Source of the DNA: an uncultured Bacillota bacterium
GTDB lineage: Bacteria > Bacillota > Clostridia > Christensenellales > UBA1242
Direction: 5' to 3'
NCBI GenBank assembly: GCA_900545735.1
Contig: URAC01000001.1
Coordinates: 1-48,871 of the forward strand
DNA: 48,871 nucleotides
In this document: in pieces, positions 16,234-25,538 of the stretch
Layout of the letters: every line of letters starts with the position of its first letter
How positions within the stretch are numbered: the stretch's first letter is position 1
Notes under the pieces: model-generated
Databases searched by the model: none
What the model was told of the DNA's origin: nothing
The model's input: only the letters and a program-made list of their open reading frames with translations
Position numbers and translations under genes: made by a program

Positions 16234-17652
16234 TTACATTTCCATATCGCTTTCTCGTTTTTTCTTACGGGCTTTTCGTTCTTCAAGAAGTTTAGTTAAA
16301 ACATCATCAAATTCATCATCATTCATGTCAGCGACAAAATTATCAGTTCTTTGGTCTAGGATTTCTTCTCTTTGTTTCTTTTCTAGTAACATTTGGTCCT
16401 CTTTTACCTTTTCATTAAATTTGTCAGTTGTTTGGCGGATATACTCGTTATCTACTGAGTTGTAAACCATAATTGTAGTTTTTACATCACGATGGCCTAA
16501 AAGTTGTTGAATAACCTTTGGGTTCTCATTCATTTCAAAAAGCATATTTGAGAATGTATGGCGAAGCCCGTGGAAGTGAATATTACATTTGGTTAATTGA
16601 TGTCGTCTTTTCCAGCCATCGAAAAGTTTTCTACAGCCATAATATGTTCTAACACTTCCATCATCATTAGAGAAAATATAGGCCGTATTTGCCGTCAAAT
16701 CGGCAGTAACTCTTGGATTGGATTTCTGTCTATCCTTTTGCTTTTCACGCCATTCTTTAAGCGTTTCAACGATTATATCAGCAATAGGAATTTCTCTCAC
16801 ACTACATGCAGTTTTTGTGTCTCCAACAACTGTTAAACGACTTGTTACATTGCCTTCATTATCAAACTTTGGTATTGTTGTTATTGCTCGTTCTACTTTT
16901 AATGTTTTAGTTTCAAAATTTACATTTTGCCATTTCAGTGCAAGCGCCTCACCAATACGAAGCCCACCAAACATTAAACAAACACAAAGTGGCTTAATAA
17001 AATTACCGTCATCTTTTGCGAGTGCTTCTAAAAATCTAACTCTTACTTCTGGCGTAAGCGCTTTGTATTTTTCGCTATTACCAACTTTATCATGTGCCCT
17101 AACTTTTACCTTGTTAACTGGATTTTGCGTTACCCATTTGTTGTCTATGGCATATTCAAAAAATTGAGACATTAAGTGTTTAATCTTTTTTATTGTATTT
17201 ACACTATAATCCTTGTCTATCATATTATTAATTACTCTTTGAACAACATAAGTATCAATTTCATAAACTTTCATATTTCCAACTTGTGGTTCAATATGTA
17301 ATTTATAGTTCCTTATAATGCCTTCAAAAGTTCTAGGTGTAACTGATGATTTTTTAAAAACCATCAGCCACTCTCCCATCAGTTCTCCAAATGTTCGTTT
17401 TTCAACTATCTCATAAGAATTACTTTTAATTCTTCCACTAATATCAAACATCTTTTTTGCGACGGTTGCTCTATTTTTCCCATATACAACCTTTTTAACT
17501 TGTCTACCTTTATCATCATATCCAACGGTTATACTTCCGACCCATAGTCCATCAGAACTTCTCTTGAAAATACTACCTTCATTATTATTTGTTCTAACCT
17601 TACTTACAACTTTATTTTTATTTGTTGTTGGCTGTTTCTTCTTTCTAGGCAT
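16234..17652 (-). CDS. int: Tyrosine site-specific integrase (phage integrase family)
   Basis: Arm-binding-like N-terminus (GSIFKRSSDGLWVGSITVGYDDKGRQVKK). The catalytic region has LMFGGLRIGEALAL (Arg), HGLRHTF (H-x-x-R) and LLGHRDVKTTIMVYNSV (His/Tyr). I trimmed the start to ATG 17652 (MPRKKK), which has GGAGG 6 nt upstream. Confidence 0.92.
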   Translation of the reverse strand: MPRKKKQPTTNKNKVVSKVRTNNNEGSIFKRSSDGLWVGSITVGYDDKGRQVKKVVYGKNRATVAKKMFDISGRIKSNSYEIVEKRTFGELMGEWLMVFKKSSVTPRTFEGIIRNYKLHIEPQVGNMKVYEIDTYVVQRVINNMIDKDYSVNTIKKIKHLMSQFFEYAIDNKWVTQNPVNKVKVRAHDKVGNSEKYKALTPEVRVRFLEALAKDDGNFIKPLCVCLMFGGLRIGEALALKWQNVNFETKTLKVERAITTIPKFDNEGNVTSRLTVVGDTKTACSVREIPIADIIVETLKEWREKQKDRQKSNPRVTADLTANTAYIFSNDDGSVRTYYGCRKLFDGWKRRHQLTKCNIHFHGLRHTFSNMLFEMNENPKVIQQLLGHRDVKTTIMVYNSVDNEYIRQTTDKFNEKVKEDQMLLEKKQREEILDQRTDNFVADMNDDEFDDVLTKLLEERKARKKKRESDMEM

Positions 17653-17908
17653 TTGGCACCTCCATTTGTCCATTATTTAATGTTAGCCAAGTAACAAAAT
17701 TAAGGACACTTACGACTTGTCGTTTGCCAACTTTTGTTGTTGGGAATGATTTACTTCTAAGTAAACTTCTAACATTATCTCTGCCAAGGCCAGTGATTTT
17801 GATAAGGTCATCACAATCTAAAAAGTCTTTATTATATTTAATTGAAATACGCTGAGTTTCAGATTGAATTAAATTATTCAAATCAATATTTTTATCATTC
17901 ATATTCAA
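17645..17908 (-). CDS. xis: Excisionase-type helix-turn-helix DNA-binding protein
   Basis: 87 aa, immediately upstream of int and overlapping it. The HTH segment is DLIKITGLGRDNVRSLLRSKSFPTTKVGKRQVV. Confidence 0.6.
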   Translation of the reverse strand: MNMNDKNIDLNNLIQSETQRISIKYNKDFLDCDDLIKITGLGRDNVRSLLRSKSFPTTKVGKRQVVSVLNFVTWLTLNNGQMEVPNA

Positions 17909-17927
17909 TTTTGGTCCTCCTTTCTAA

Positions 17928-18302
17928 TTAAGTTAATTCGCTATCTTTTAGTTCTTGTACTTGCGTTCTCAATTGTGCAACTAAATCATCACACAAATCT
18001 TTCAAATCTTCCGATGTAACATTTTCAAGATTTCCATATCCATCAATTCTATATATGTCAGCGCTGTAAGTATCACCTATAAAATATCTTAGCCTATCAA
18101 TGCTGTCCGAATTTTCGGATATAACCATATCTTCATCATCAGAAGTTACATAGTTCTGTTCTTCCAAATAATCTAATATATCATCATCGGCAGAACAAGC
18201 ATTGTAAATTTTTTTATATTCATCTTCAGTACCACAATCAATGGTTTCTTTTATATCGTTAAGTTCTTTGATAATTCTTCTTTTATCATTTATTAAACTC
18301 AT
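17928..18302 (-). CDS. Strongly acidic 124-aa protein (hypothetical; possible DNA-mimic anti-restriction candidate)
   Basis: Very D/E-rich (e.g. DDDILDYLEEQNYVTSDDEDMVISENSDS). It overlaps the methyltransferase stop, which suggests translational coupling. Confidence 0.45.
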   Translation of the reverse strand: MSLINDKRRIIKELNDIKETIDCGTEDEYKKIYNACSADDDILDYLEEQNYVTSDDEDMVISENSDSIDRLRYFIGDTYSADIYRIDGYGNLENVTSEDLKDLCDDLVAQLRTQVQELKDSELT

Positions 18303-19416
18303 TTTTATCTCCTTCTTCCAATTTTGCTTTCTTTATTATTGGTTCCAATCTTTCGGAAATTCTTTTTATCATAAGTGGTGGAACGCTCATTCCACACACA
18401 TAAGACACACCATCAAGACTATCTGTTAAGAAATTGTAATCTTGTGGAAATGAAGATATTGAAATAATATCTTGTTTTGAAAGTCTTGTTTTTGTGTCCC
18501 ACCTTATGTTATTGCAGTGAGCAGTAAGTGTTGGTGCAACTTGGTCATCATAAACAAAACAATAATTAAAAAATGAACTTTTACCACGAGTTTTTAAACA
18601 AGCATTTTCTAGGTTCCTATCTCCGTATTTAGCATATTTAATAAGCCCCATCAAATTTTCAGTAATTCCTTCCATAGAACCTTCTTTGGATTTTATATCT
18701 CCAAAATTTATTGGTGCATATAAAAAAGACATATCCAGTTTTTCTAAATCAACATTTAATCTCGTTGCTATAAAAAATACTCTATGTCTTTTTTGTGGAA
18801 CACCCATTTGTTCGCCTTTCATTAACCAATGTTTAACCTTATAGCCAATGTCGTGGAATTGCTTATATATTCTCTGAACATATCCCCACGCATTACCTTT
18901 GGTCAAACCTTCAACATTTTCCATTATCACAAACCTAGGTTTAAGTTTGTTTACTGTATCAATAAAGACAAAAGATAAATCATCAAGTGTTTGCTCTTTT
19001 TGTCCTTCTCTAAACTTCTTTTTAACTCCCCAAGATTTTTCTCTCTTGCCAGCCATAGAAAATGTTGTGCAAGGCGGACTACCATCTAATATGTCTAAAT
19101 CAAATACTTCTTTTGGTAGTTCGTTATTTGGAATATTGTTAAAATCTCGTATGTCTAAAACATAATTATGTTTTGGACTATGATTTGCAAGATAGACAGA
19201 GTTCATTCTCTTATCTATCTCCAAATCACCAATCACATCGTATCCTGCAAGTTTATAGCCCATTGTTGAGCCACCACCACAGGCGAAACACGAGAAAACC
19301 TTTAATCCATTCTTTTCTTTTGGATAGTCTTTGAAATGCCAATACCAATCGTTACTTTGTTTTGTTTTAAGATGATTAAAATCACTACCAAGCAAATCAA
19401 AAAAAGTCTGTTGCAT
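18286..19416 (-). CDS. DNA (cytosine-5) methyltransferase, orphan (no adjacent endonuclease)
   Basis: C5-MTase motifs: I FSCFACGGGSTMG, IV GSPPCTTFSMAG, VI ENV, VIII QKRHRVF, X CGMSVPP. Confidence 0.9.
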   Translation of the reverse strand: MQQTFFDLLGSDFNHLKTKQSNDWYWHFKDYPKEKNGLKVFSCFACGGGSTMGYKLAGYDVIGDLEIDKRMNSVYLANHSPKHNYVLDIRDFNNIPNNELPKEVFDLDILDGSPPCTTFSMAGKREKSWGVKKKFREGQKEQTLDDLSFVFIDTVNKLKPRFVIMENVEGLTKGNAWGYVQRIYKQFHDIGYKVKHWLMKGEQMGVPQKRHRVFFIATRLNVDLEKLDMSFLYAPINFGDIKSKEGSMEGITENLMGLIKYAKYGDRNLENACLKTRGKSSFFNYCFVYDDQVAPTLTAHCNNIRWDTKTRLSKQDIISISSFPQDYNFLTDSLDGVSYVCGMSVPPLMIKRISERLEPIIKKAKLEEGDKNEFNK

Positions 19417-19419
19417 AGT

Positions 19420-20385
19420 TTACTCCATTTTATCATCAAATTGTTTTGCCTTTCTATGCTCCCTTTCTTTAATAAGTGGAAAAACGATTTTGTTAATTTC
19501 TTCTGTGAATTTTTCTTTGTCAGACACAAGTGCTTGATTTGCGTCTTTATATCCACAATTATCAAATGTGCAATAATTTATATTGTTTTCATCAAAATAC
19601 TTTATTAAAGCTTTGGTTGCTATTTGTCCTGCTTCATCATTATCCAATGCTAAAATAAAGGTCTTATCAAGTGATTTTTCTCTTTCAATGAATTTGTTGA
19701 CATTGTTAGCACTTGAAAGTCCAATGGCATTAACACCAACCGTTTCAAAGCTCAAACAATCAAATTCGCCTTCTGTTATTACACAATATTTACTATCATT
19801 AGTTAATGCTTCTGTATTAAAGAGTTCAACTTGGCAACCCTTTGGTTTGTAATATCTCAATTTTTCATCATTGTGTATATTCCTAGCAGCAAAGCAATTT
19901 TTACTAACTGGGATTACAACAGCATTAAACTTAAATTCTTTAAAATCAAATGAGTTAAAACCAAGTTTATAGTCTTTAATAATCTTTTTAGATAAACCCC
20001 TTGATAGAAGATAATCCATTGCTTCTTTATTATGTCTGAGATTATATGACCAAACATTATAGGCCTTTGTATAGTCCTTTTCAGTTTGTTCTTTATCTTT
20101 TCTAACAGTAGAGTTATAGTCGAAATTCTTTCCATAATATTGCATTGTTTTCTTAAATGCACTTCTATTATCAAGGTTTTCCATTATACCTATAACATCT
20201 ACAAGGTTATAACTTGCGCCACAACCAAAGCAATAACATCTTCCATCATCAAAGTATTTCATAGAAGCATTGCTATCTCTATGATTTGGATTTAGACAAT
20301 GAAATAAACGACTTGTATTTATATTATGACTTTCAAGGTAGCTTTTAAGGTTATCCATCACTCCTTCAAGTTCATAATTTTCCAA
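19420..20385 (-). CDS. DNA primase (CHC2 zinc finger plus Toprim)
   Basis: Zinc finger CLNPNHRDSNASMKY....CYCFGCG. Toprim motifs VITEGEFDCLS and LALDNDEAG. Confidence 0.8.
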   Translation of the reverse strand: MENYELEGVMDNLKSYLESHNINTSRLFHCLNPNHRDSNASMKYFDDGRCYCFGCGASYNLVDVIGIMENLDNRSAFKKTMQYYGKNFDYNSTVRKDKEQTEKDYTKAYNVWSYNLRHNKEAMDYLLSRGLSKKIIKDYKLGFNSFDFKEFKFNAVVIPVSKNCFAARNIHNDEKLRYYKPKGCQVELFNTEALTNDSKYCVITEGEFDCLSFETVGVNAIGLSSANNVNKFIEREKSLDKTFILALDNDEAGQIATKALIKYFDENNINYCTFDNCGYKDANQALVSDKEKFTEEINKIVFPLIKEREHRKAKQFDDKME

Positions 20386-20387
20386 AT

Positions 20388-20906
20388 CTACATTTCACCT
20401 TCTTGTTGCTTTTTTAGTTTCATAATGTAATCATCTGACATATAACCATAAAAGTCTTTTGGTCGTTTGATTCCAAGTTTTTTGTAATAATCTTCCAAAT
20501 CTTCTTTAACATTTTTAAATTCATCAAAAGGATAACCAGAATATACCCATTCATTTTTTGTATTGAAAATGTAGATATATTCAATCCAATCCCAATCTTT
20601 CAATTTCTGCATTGAACAAAGAGTGCTTTCTTGTCCCTCCTCACCTCTATCTCTACCATAAGCAACCGTAACATCATCTTGTCTTTCGCTATAATCAAAT
20701 GAATGTGGTCTTGTTGGGTCTGGGTCGATTTTTTCATTAAGACAAGAAATATTGCCTAATTTAATCAATTTTTCCACTTTTTCTCTATCATTGTAATGGT
20801 CATTAAGCATTTGACCATTGTAAGTTAAATATCCATCAGAGTGGCAATAAATTGCCTCGTATTTGTTCTTTCCCCTTTGAATACATATCAAACTTCTAGT
20901 TGACAT
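20388..20906 (-). CDS. Hypothetical protein (172 aa)
   Basis: Tightly packed within the operon (2-nt gap to the primase gene). No recognised motif. Confidence 0.45.
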   Translation of the reverse strand: MSTRSLICIQRGKNKYEAIYCHSDGYLTYNGQMLNDHYNDREKVEKLIKLGNISCLNEKIDPDPTRPHSFDYSERQDDVTVAYGRDRGEEGQESTLCSMQKLKDWDWIEYIYIFNTKNEWVYSGYPFDEFKNVKEDLEDYYKKLGIKRPKDFYGYMSDDYIMKLKKQQEGEM

Positions 20907-20916
20907 AATTTCCTCC

Positions 20917-21519
20917 TTACATTTCTGCGTCTTGGTCCTTTCTATGTCTTGTCTTTAATTCCTCCAACATTTTATCTAACTTTTTGTTTTCAATTTCCTG
21001 TTGTTTTTTAATTTCTGGAATAAAATTTCTATCTTCATCAGACACCGGATATATTGCTCCACAATCACAAGAAAGCATTTGACCTCCACATCTCGGACAC
21101 CTTTCAATATCACAATTTGGTAGATGTTGTTCACCTAGATGACAACCACAATCGCCACAAGTGTTTTCTTCATCTTCATAATCTCCCCAGCAATCCTCTT
21201 CCTCTCCGTAAAAGATAGGTCTATATAATTCTCCACGAATTAGATAGTTTTCTTTGTAGTTTGTGTTATATTCCTCAACAGCTTTACCTATTCCTTTATC
21301 ATTAAAAGGTAGTTGGTTTGCAATCATATATTCACGATAAATATCCAAGATATTTTGCTTTGCAACAATATAGTAGTTAAATTCCCTCCCATGTTTGTAG
21401 AGATAATCAAATATCTTCATTGATACTTCTTTTTCTGTGTCAGTTCTACCCTTTTCAAGGAATTTCTCTTTGTCGTAATTCAACATTCGTTGCCAAACGA
21501 CATATTGACCTTCGTTCAT
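20917..21519 (-). CDS. Hypothetical Cys-rich (zinc-binding?) protein (200 aa)
   Basis: Cys cluster CGDCGCHLGEQHLPNCDIERCPRCGGQMLSCDCG. Confidence 0.45.
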   Translation of the reverse strand: MNEGQYVVWQRMLNYDKEKFLEKGRTDTEKEVSMKIFDYLYKHGREFNYYIVAKQNILDIYREYMIANQLPFNDKGIGKAVEEYNTNYKENYLIRGELYRPIFYGEEEDCWGDYEDEENTCGDCGCHLGEQHLPNCDIERCPRCGGQMLSCDCGAIYPVSDEDRNFIPEIKKQQEIENKKLDKMLEELKTRHRKDQDAEM

Positions 21520-21532
21520 TAATCATTCCTCC

Positions 21533-22429
21533 TTAATAAAGTGCTTGATACAAACTCGAATAGTTCGACCAAGGGCTTGTTGTTTTATAGTATTCAAGTG
21601 CTTCAAATGGCACATAAATAACATTCAAAGGACAATTTCCAAAGTGATTGTAATAATCATTGTGATTAGCCTGAATTTGGCTAGATTTAATCGTAACTGT
21701 CTTTAAATTTGTGCAGTTGTAAAATGTGCCAATATGAAAGTTTCTTACTGTCTTTGGTATTGTTATTTCTTCTATTGCAGTTCCAAAGAACGCATAAGCG
21801 TCTATTTGCTTTGTTGTTTCAGATAATCTAACTTTTTTAAGGCTTGAACAACCATCAAAAATACCATCACCAACAACTTCAACACCATCTTCAAAGTAAA
21901 CTTCTTTTAAGTTAGGACAATTTTGAAATGCTCTCACACTTGTTGTTGTATATTCTTTTGGTATTTTCAAGGTTTCAATATATTGATTGTTTTGTCCTGC
22001 ATACCAAGCCATTGTATTAACCTTTACTTCATCACCTTCGATATAAGTAGGTTTACCAATGGTATATTCATAATTCCAAGGATAACTATGAGTGTAAATC
22101 TCTTGATAAAATTCATAGTAACCTTCCGCTCCACAAGCATAATGTTCTTGCCAAAATTGCCTTGCTTCCCATTGTGAATTAAATGTTGTCTTTCCAGAAT
22201 AATAAACCGGTTCTCCAAAGGAATATGATGTCGGCAATGTAACATCTTTTTCTTGTCCTGTGTAGGATTTAAGTTCACTGCCGACAAATACATATCCTTC
22301 TAATACAACATCTGTTTTATGGTTAAAATTTACTCTTACTGTTAATGCGTAAAGGAATAAAGCAAACACTCCAATAAAAAAAAACAACTGTCCCCAAGAA
22401 ATAATGTTTTTGCTCGTTTTTGTTTCCAT
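21533..22429 (-). CDS. Membrane-anchored BspA-type leucine-rich repeat protein
   Basis: N-terminal TM (IISWGQLFFFIGVFALFLYAL). LRR units follow (AFQNCPNLKEVYFEDGVEVVGDGIFDGCSSLKKVRL..., FYNCTNLKTVTI). Confidence 0.65.
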   Translation of the reverse strand: METKTSKNIISWGQLFFFIGVFALFLYALTVRVNFNHKTDVVLEGYVFVGSELKSYTGQEKDVTLPTSYSFGEPVYYSGKTTFNSQWEARQFWQEHYACGAEGYYEFYQEIYTHSYPWNYEYTIGKPTYIEGDEVKVNTMAWYAGQNNQYIETLKIPKEYTTTSVRAFQNCPNLKEVYFEDGVEVVGDGIFDGCSSLKKVRLSETTKQIDAYAFFGTAIEEITIPKTVRNFHIGTFYNCTNLKTVTIKSSQIQANHNDYYNHFGNCPLNVIYVPFEALEYYKTTSPWSNYSSLYQALY

Positions 22430-22463
22430 TTGTTATTCCTTTTTCGTCCATAAAGGTGGACCT

Positions 22464-23066
22464 TTATAGACAACTTTCTCGTTTTTTCTCTATTCTTATA
22501 AGTTCATTGAAAAGATAATGAAATTTATCATCTGCACACTTTTGCATTTCTTTAAGCATTGTGATATTGTTGTTGTTACTTATAGAAAAACCAGTCATAT
22601 TATCAACGATATTGTCATTTTCATCTGTAATTTCATAAGCATAATACTCGTGCTCTTCATTGATATAATCGTTATAATCAACAAGTTCATTTTTTAAAGT
22701 TTGCTCAACTTTGTCATAGTCATCAAGAGAATACCCATGGTTCAATACGTCTTGCTTTGTGCAATAGATATACCCTACTTGACCACTATCAAATCTGTCA
22801 TTAAATGGTTCAGTTGATAATGCAATTCCTGTGTGGTCATACATATAAACATTCAAAATGCAATACATATTATCTTTATTGACTTCTGCAAATGCTTGGA
22901 AATCACAAGGTCTGTAAAATTCATTACTATCACCAAGAGAATATCTCCTGTGCCAACAAATGAGATGACCAAGATTATCATCTTCTCTTGGGTCAGTAAC
23001 CTGATAAGAGTTATCTAGTTTAACTTTTAAAGAGTTTCCTCTTCTTTTTATTTCAACATCTCTCAT
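22464..23066 (-). CDS. Hypothetical ICE protein (200 aa) sharing a domain with the N-terminal half of the next ORF
   Basis: Segment YMYDHTGIALS...SGQVGYIYCTKQDV...ELVDYNDYINEEHEYYAYEI resembles LPIYEKDMNLTMEANDEIVGYICVDKTDY...YVRELSTINDCFNGEL in ORF 23069-24109. Confidence 0.45.
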   Translation of the reverse strand: MRDVEIKRRGNSLKVKLDNSYQVTDPREDDNLGHLICWHRRYSLGDSNEFYRPCDFQAFAEVNKDNMYCILNVYMYDHTGIALSTEPFNDRFDSGQVGYIYCTKQDVLNHGYSLDDYDKVEQTLKNELVDYNDYINEEHEYYAYEITDENDNIVDNMTGFSISNNNNITMLKEMQKCADDKFHYLFNELIRIEKKRESCL

Positions 23067-23068
23067 TT

Positions 23069-24109
23069 TTACATCTCCGCATTTTTCTTTTGTTGATGTT
23101 TATACCTTTCAATCATACAAGCCTTAATAATGTAATAATCTTCATACAAATCCAAACCTTTTGGAAGTTCGTATGTTTTACAATAAGCCTTGCATTTTTT
23201 GATTTGATTATCTGTCAAACTAATATTTTCGCCAGAGTCTGGGTCAAATCCAACCATATAAACTGTGCCACAAGCACAATCTTCATATTCTGGAAGCCAA
23301 AAGTTCCCCGGCAATTTGTTAAGTTTGCCTTCTTCATTTACATACAAGTCAACATTTCTCACACCGGGCATTTCAACACATTCAATGTATCCACCAACAA
23401 TGCCTTGAAGAACACTGAGTTTATCTTCAATTTCTTTCTCATAAGGTTCCTTGCCGGGTTCCTTAATCAAAACTCTGACAATCTTTGTTTCTTCATCTTC
23501 GATGTCTTCTTCAATATCTTCTCTTTCAGCTTCAAATTCCAAAGCAATTTCCTTCTTTAATTTTTCCATATCATTTTTTAAAGGTTCTAAAAATTCTGGA
23601 TTTTCCGTTAATGTATCTGAGTTTTCAATTAAATACTCAATATCACCTTCATAGGAATAAAGACTTTCTGCGTTAGTTTGTTTGCCATCGACCATTAAAG
23701 ATATTTTTGTTGTTAAAAGTTCACCATTAAAGCAATCGTTAATTGTAGAGAGCTCTCTGACATATTCTGAATTGATTTCATCAACATCTTTTTTTGATAG
23801 ATTTTCTGGAAATTTCTTTCCATAAAAGTTCTCATAATCTGTTTTATCAACACAAATATATCCTACAATTTCATCATTTGCTTCCATTGTTAAATTCATA
23901 TCTTTTTCGTAAATTGGCAAGGCTAACATTAGATTTGGATTTCTCTTGTAAAAGTCCGTAAAATCCCAAACAGACTTAACATTTTGGTCCTCACTATATC
24001 TTTTGAAATCACCTTTAAAAATGACTATTGTAGAAAATTTTTCCATTCCATCTGGTGTGGCCTGTTCAACTGAAATATTCAGTGTTTTATTGTTCAGTTT
24101 TATCTGCAT
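23069..24109 (-). CDS. DUF3846-like domain protein (C-terminal half)
   Basis: VRVLIKEPGKEPYEKEIEDKLSVLQGIVGGYIECVEMP...LYVNEEGKLNKLPGN...GTVYMVGFD matches my memory of DUF3846 proteins, which sit beside ArdC genes on Firmicutes conjugative elements. Confidence 0.55.
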   Translation of the reverse strand: MQIKLNNKTLNISVEQATPDGMEKFSTIVIFKGDFKRYSEDQNVKSVWDFTDFYKRNPNLMLALPIYEKDMNLTMEANDEIVGYICVDKTDYENFYGKKFPENLSKKDVDEINSEYVRELSTINDCFNGELLTTKISLMVDGKQTNAESLYSYEGDIEYLIENSDTLTENPEFLEPLKNDMEKLKKEIALEFEAEREDIEEDIEDEETKIVRVLIKEPGKEPYEKEIEDKLSVLQGIVGGYIECVEMPGVRNVDLYVNEEGKLNKLPGNFWLPEYEDCACGTVYMVGFDPDSGENISLTDNQIKKCKAYCKTYELPKGLDLYEDYYIIKACMIERYKHQQKKNAEM

Positions 24110-24341
24110 GAATATCTCCCTTGAAGTGGTTATTTGTTTTCTTAAATCTCAAAAGTTCATATTCACTTGCATAGAACGCTTGTTGAATAGATACCGCAAG
24201 ATTTGGTCTAACTTTAAGCCTTTCTTCCTTTGGGACTTCTTGCAAGCCATCACGCATTGTTCTTAATTTGTCTAATAGTTCTTGTTTAGAAGAATAATCA
24301 ATATCAGTAAGCAAGAACGAAAGTTCACCACCTAATCTCAT
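24087..24341 (-). CDS. Hypothetical protein (84 aa)
   Basis: Overlaps both neighbours by a few nt, which suggests a coupled operon. No motif. Confidence 0.35.
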   Translation of the reverse strand: MRLGGELSFLLTDIDYSSKQELLDKLRTMRDGLQEVPKEERLKVRPNLAVSIQQAFYASEYELLRFKKTNNHFKGDIHADKTEQ

Positions 24342-25324
24342 TATTCCACCTCACTTTCTGCTTTTTTAGACTTTGAACTTGTCTTTTTTGCAGTTTTCTT
24401 TTCTACTGGTGCTTTAACTTCTTCTGTTTTTTCTTGTGCTTTAACTTCTTCTTCAACCTTTTGAGTTTGTTTTTCAAGTCCACGAATTGCAATTTCAATC
24501 GCAGTTTCAAAGTTAGAAAGAAGTTGCATACTTACTGAACGAACTTTTTGAAGATTGTTTTTAAACTCCAATTTTTCTTCATCTGAAAGGTTTGTAATGG
24601 CGTCATCATTAAAGTCTGGCAAATTAAGACCAAGTTTTGATTTGATTGCGTAAAGTGCGCAGTTGTATTCAATGTCATCAATATTTTCAACTGTTTTGCT
24701 TGTAATACCTTCTGGGCGTCTGCTATCAATCAATACTCTTGTTGTTTGATTGATTAGTGTATTGATAAGTTCATCAATAGAAAGTCCATCTTTGATGTAA
24801 ACAATCTTATTTTCTTTATCCATCTTTGCAAATGGTTCTTGGTCAACATACTCAAACTTATAACCTTTTGCTGTTCTTTCAAGAGAATTTTTAGCGGCTT
24901 CAAAGAACTTTGCAATGGTCTCTTTATTTGTATTGAGATAAGGATATTCTCTACCTTCTGTTTGGCTAATATCAAAGACATGTCCAACACTTAAATCAAG
25001 TTTTTCAATACCTTTTGTGAACACATTACCATTTTCATCAGTGTAATCTTGATTGTATTTTTTAAGACAAGGACTAATGATTTTCAAAGACTTTTGGTGT
25101 TCTTTAACCTTTCTACCATCTTTGTTCCAACCAGTAAGTCTTTTTACAAGTTTAACATTTGGCATTTGGCTCATAATAAGAACATCATTCATAACTGTGT
25201 AATCTGGCATAAGACCCATTACTTTCAAAATATCACGAAGTCTGCCTTCATTCATATATTTCAAATATTGTTCGTTTGCTTGTGCTGTCAAGCTTTCAAC
25301 TGTTGCGTAATTTTTTTCTTCCAT
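24341..25324 (-). CDS. ArdC-like ssDNA-binding (antirestriction N-terminal domain) protein
   Basis: PDYTVMNDVLIMSQMPNVKLVKRLTGWNKDGRKVKEHQKSLKIISP resembles the ArdC N-domain pattern (YS..N..LI..Q.....v....W...GR.VkKGeK.i.I). The tail is lysine-rich. No metalloprotease HExxH is present. Confidence 0.55.
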   Translation of the reverse strand: MEEKNYATVESLTAQANEQYLKYMNEGRLRDILKVMGLMPDYTVMNDVLIMSQMPNVKLVKRLTGWNKDGRKVKEHQKSLKIISPCLKKYNQDYTDENGNVFTKGIEKLDLSVGHVFDISQTEGREYPYLNTNKETIAKFFEAAKNSLERTAKGYKFEYVDQEPFAKMDKENKIVYIKDGLSIDELINTLINQTTRVLIDSRRPEGITSKTVENIDDIEYNCALYAIKSKLGLNLPDFNDDAITNLSDEEKLEFKNNLQKVRSVSMQLLSNFETAIEIAIRGLEKQTQKVEEEVKAQEKTEEVKAPVEKKTAKKTSSKSKKAESEVE

Positions 25325-25386
25325 TTATTACTCCTTATTGTTTTTATAAAAAAAGTTGAAATATAATTCCAACCTTTTATGATAAT

Positions 25387-25527
25387 TGAGCAAAATAAAA
25401 TCGAGTTTAGATTACTCATTATCGTAAATATTTCATTGTTTTTGTTTATTTCGACATTAAATTTGACACAATTTATTGACTTTTATATAAATTCCGAGTA
25501 AAATAAAGTGTAGTTTAGATTACTCGG
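25387..25527. promoter_or_regulatory. Divergent control region: two ~32-nt direct repeats with dyad ends, plus a promoter TTGACA-17-TATAAA
   Basis: Repeat 1 (25387-25418) is TGAGCAAAATAAAATCGAGTTTAGATTACTCA. Repeat 2 (25494-25527) is CCGAGTAAAATAAAGTGTAGTTTAGATTACTCGG. The -35 is at 25463-25468 and the -10 at 25486-25491. The 3' arm of repeat 2 runs into the RBS GGAGG (25526-25530). Confidence 0.5.
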
Positions 25528-25538
25528 AGGTGTATATA

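Noticed and set aside
16597-17167. Plus-strand ORFs 16597-16836 and 16718-17167
   Set aside because: They are antisense to the integrase gene, have S/L/F-rich composition and carry no motifs.
23090-23676. Plus-strand ORFs 23090-23560, 23451-23654 and 23485-23676
   Set aside because: They are antisense to the DUF3846-like gene and are low-complexity F/I/S-rich translations.
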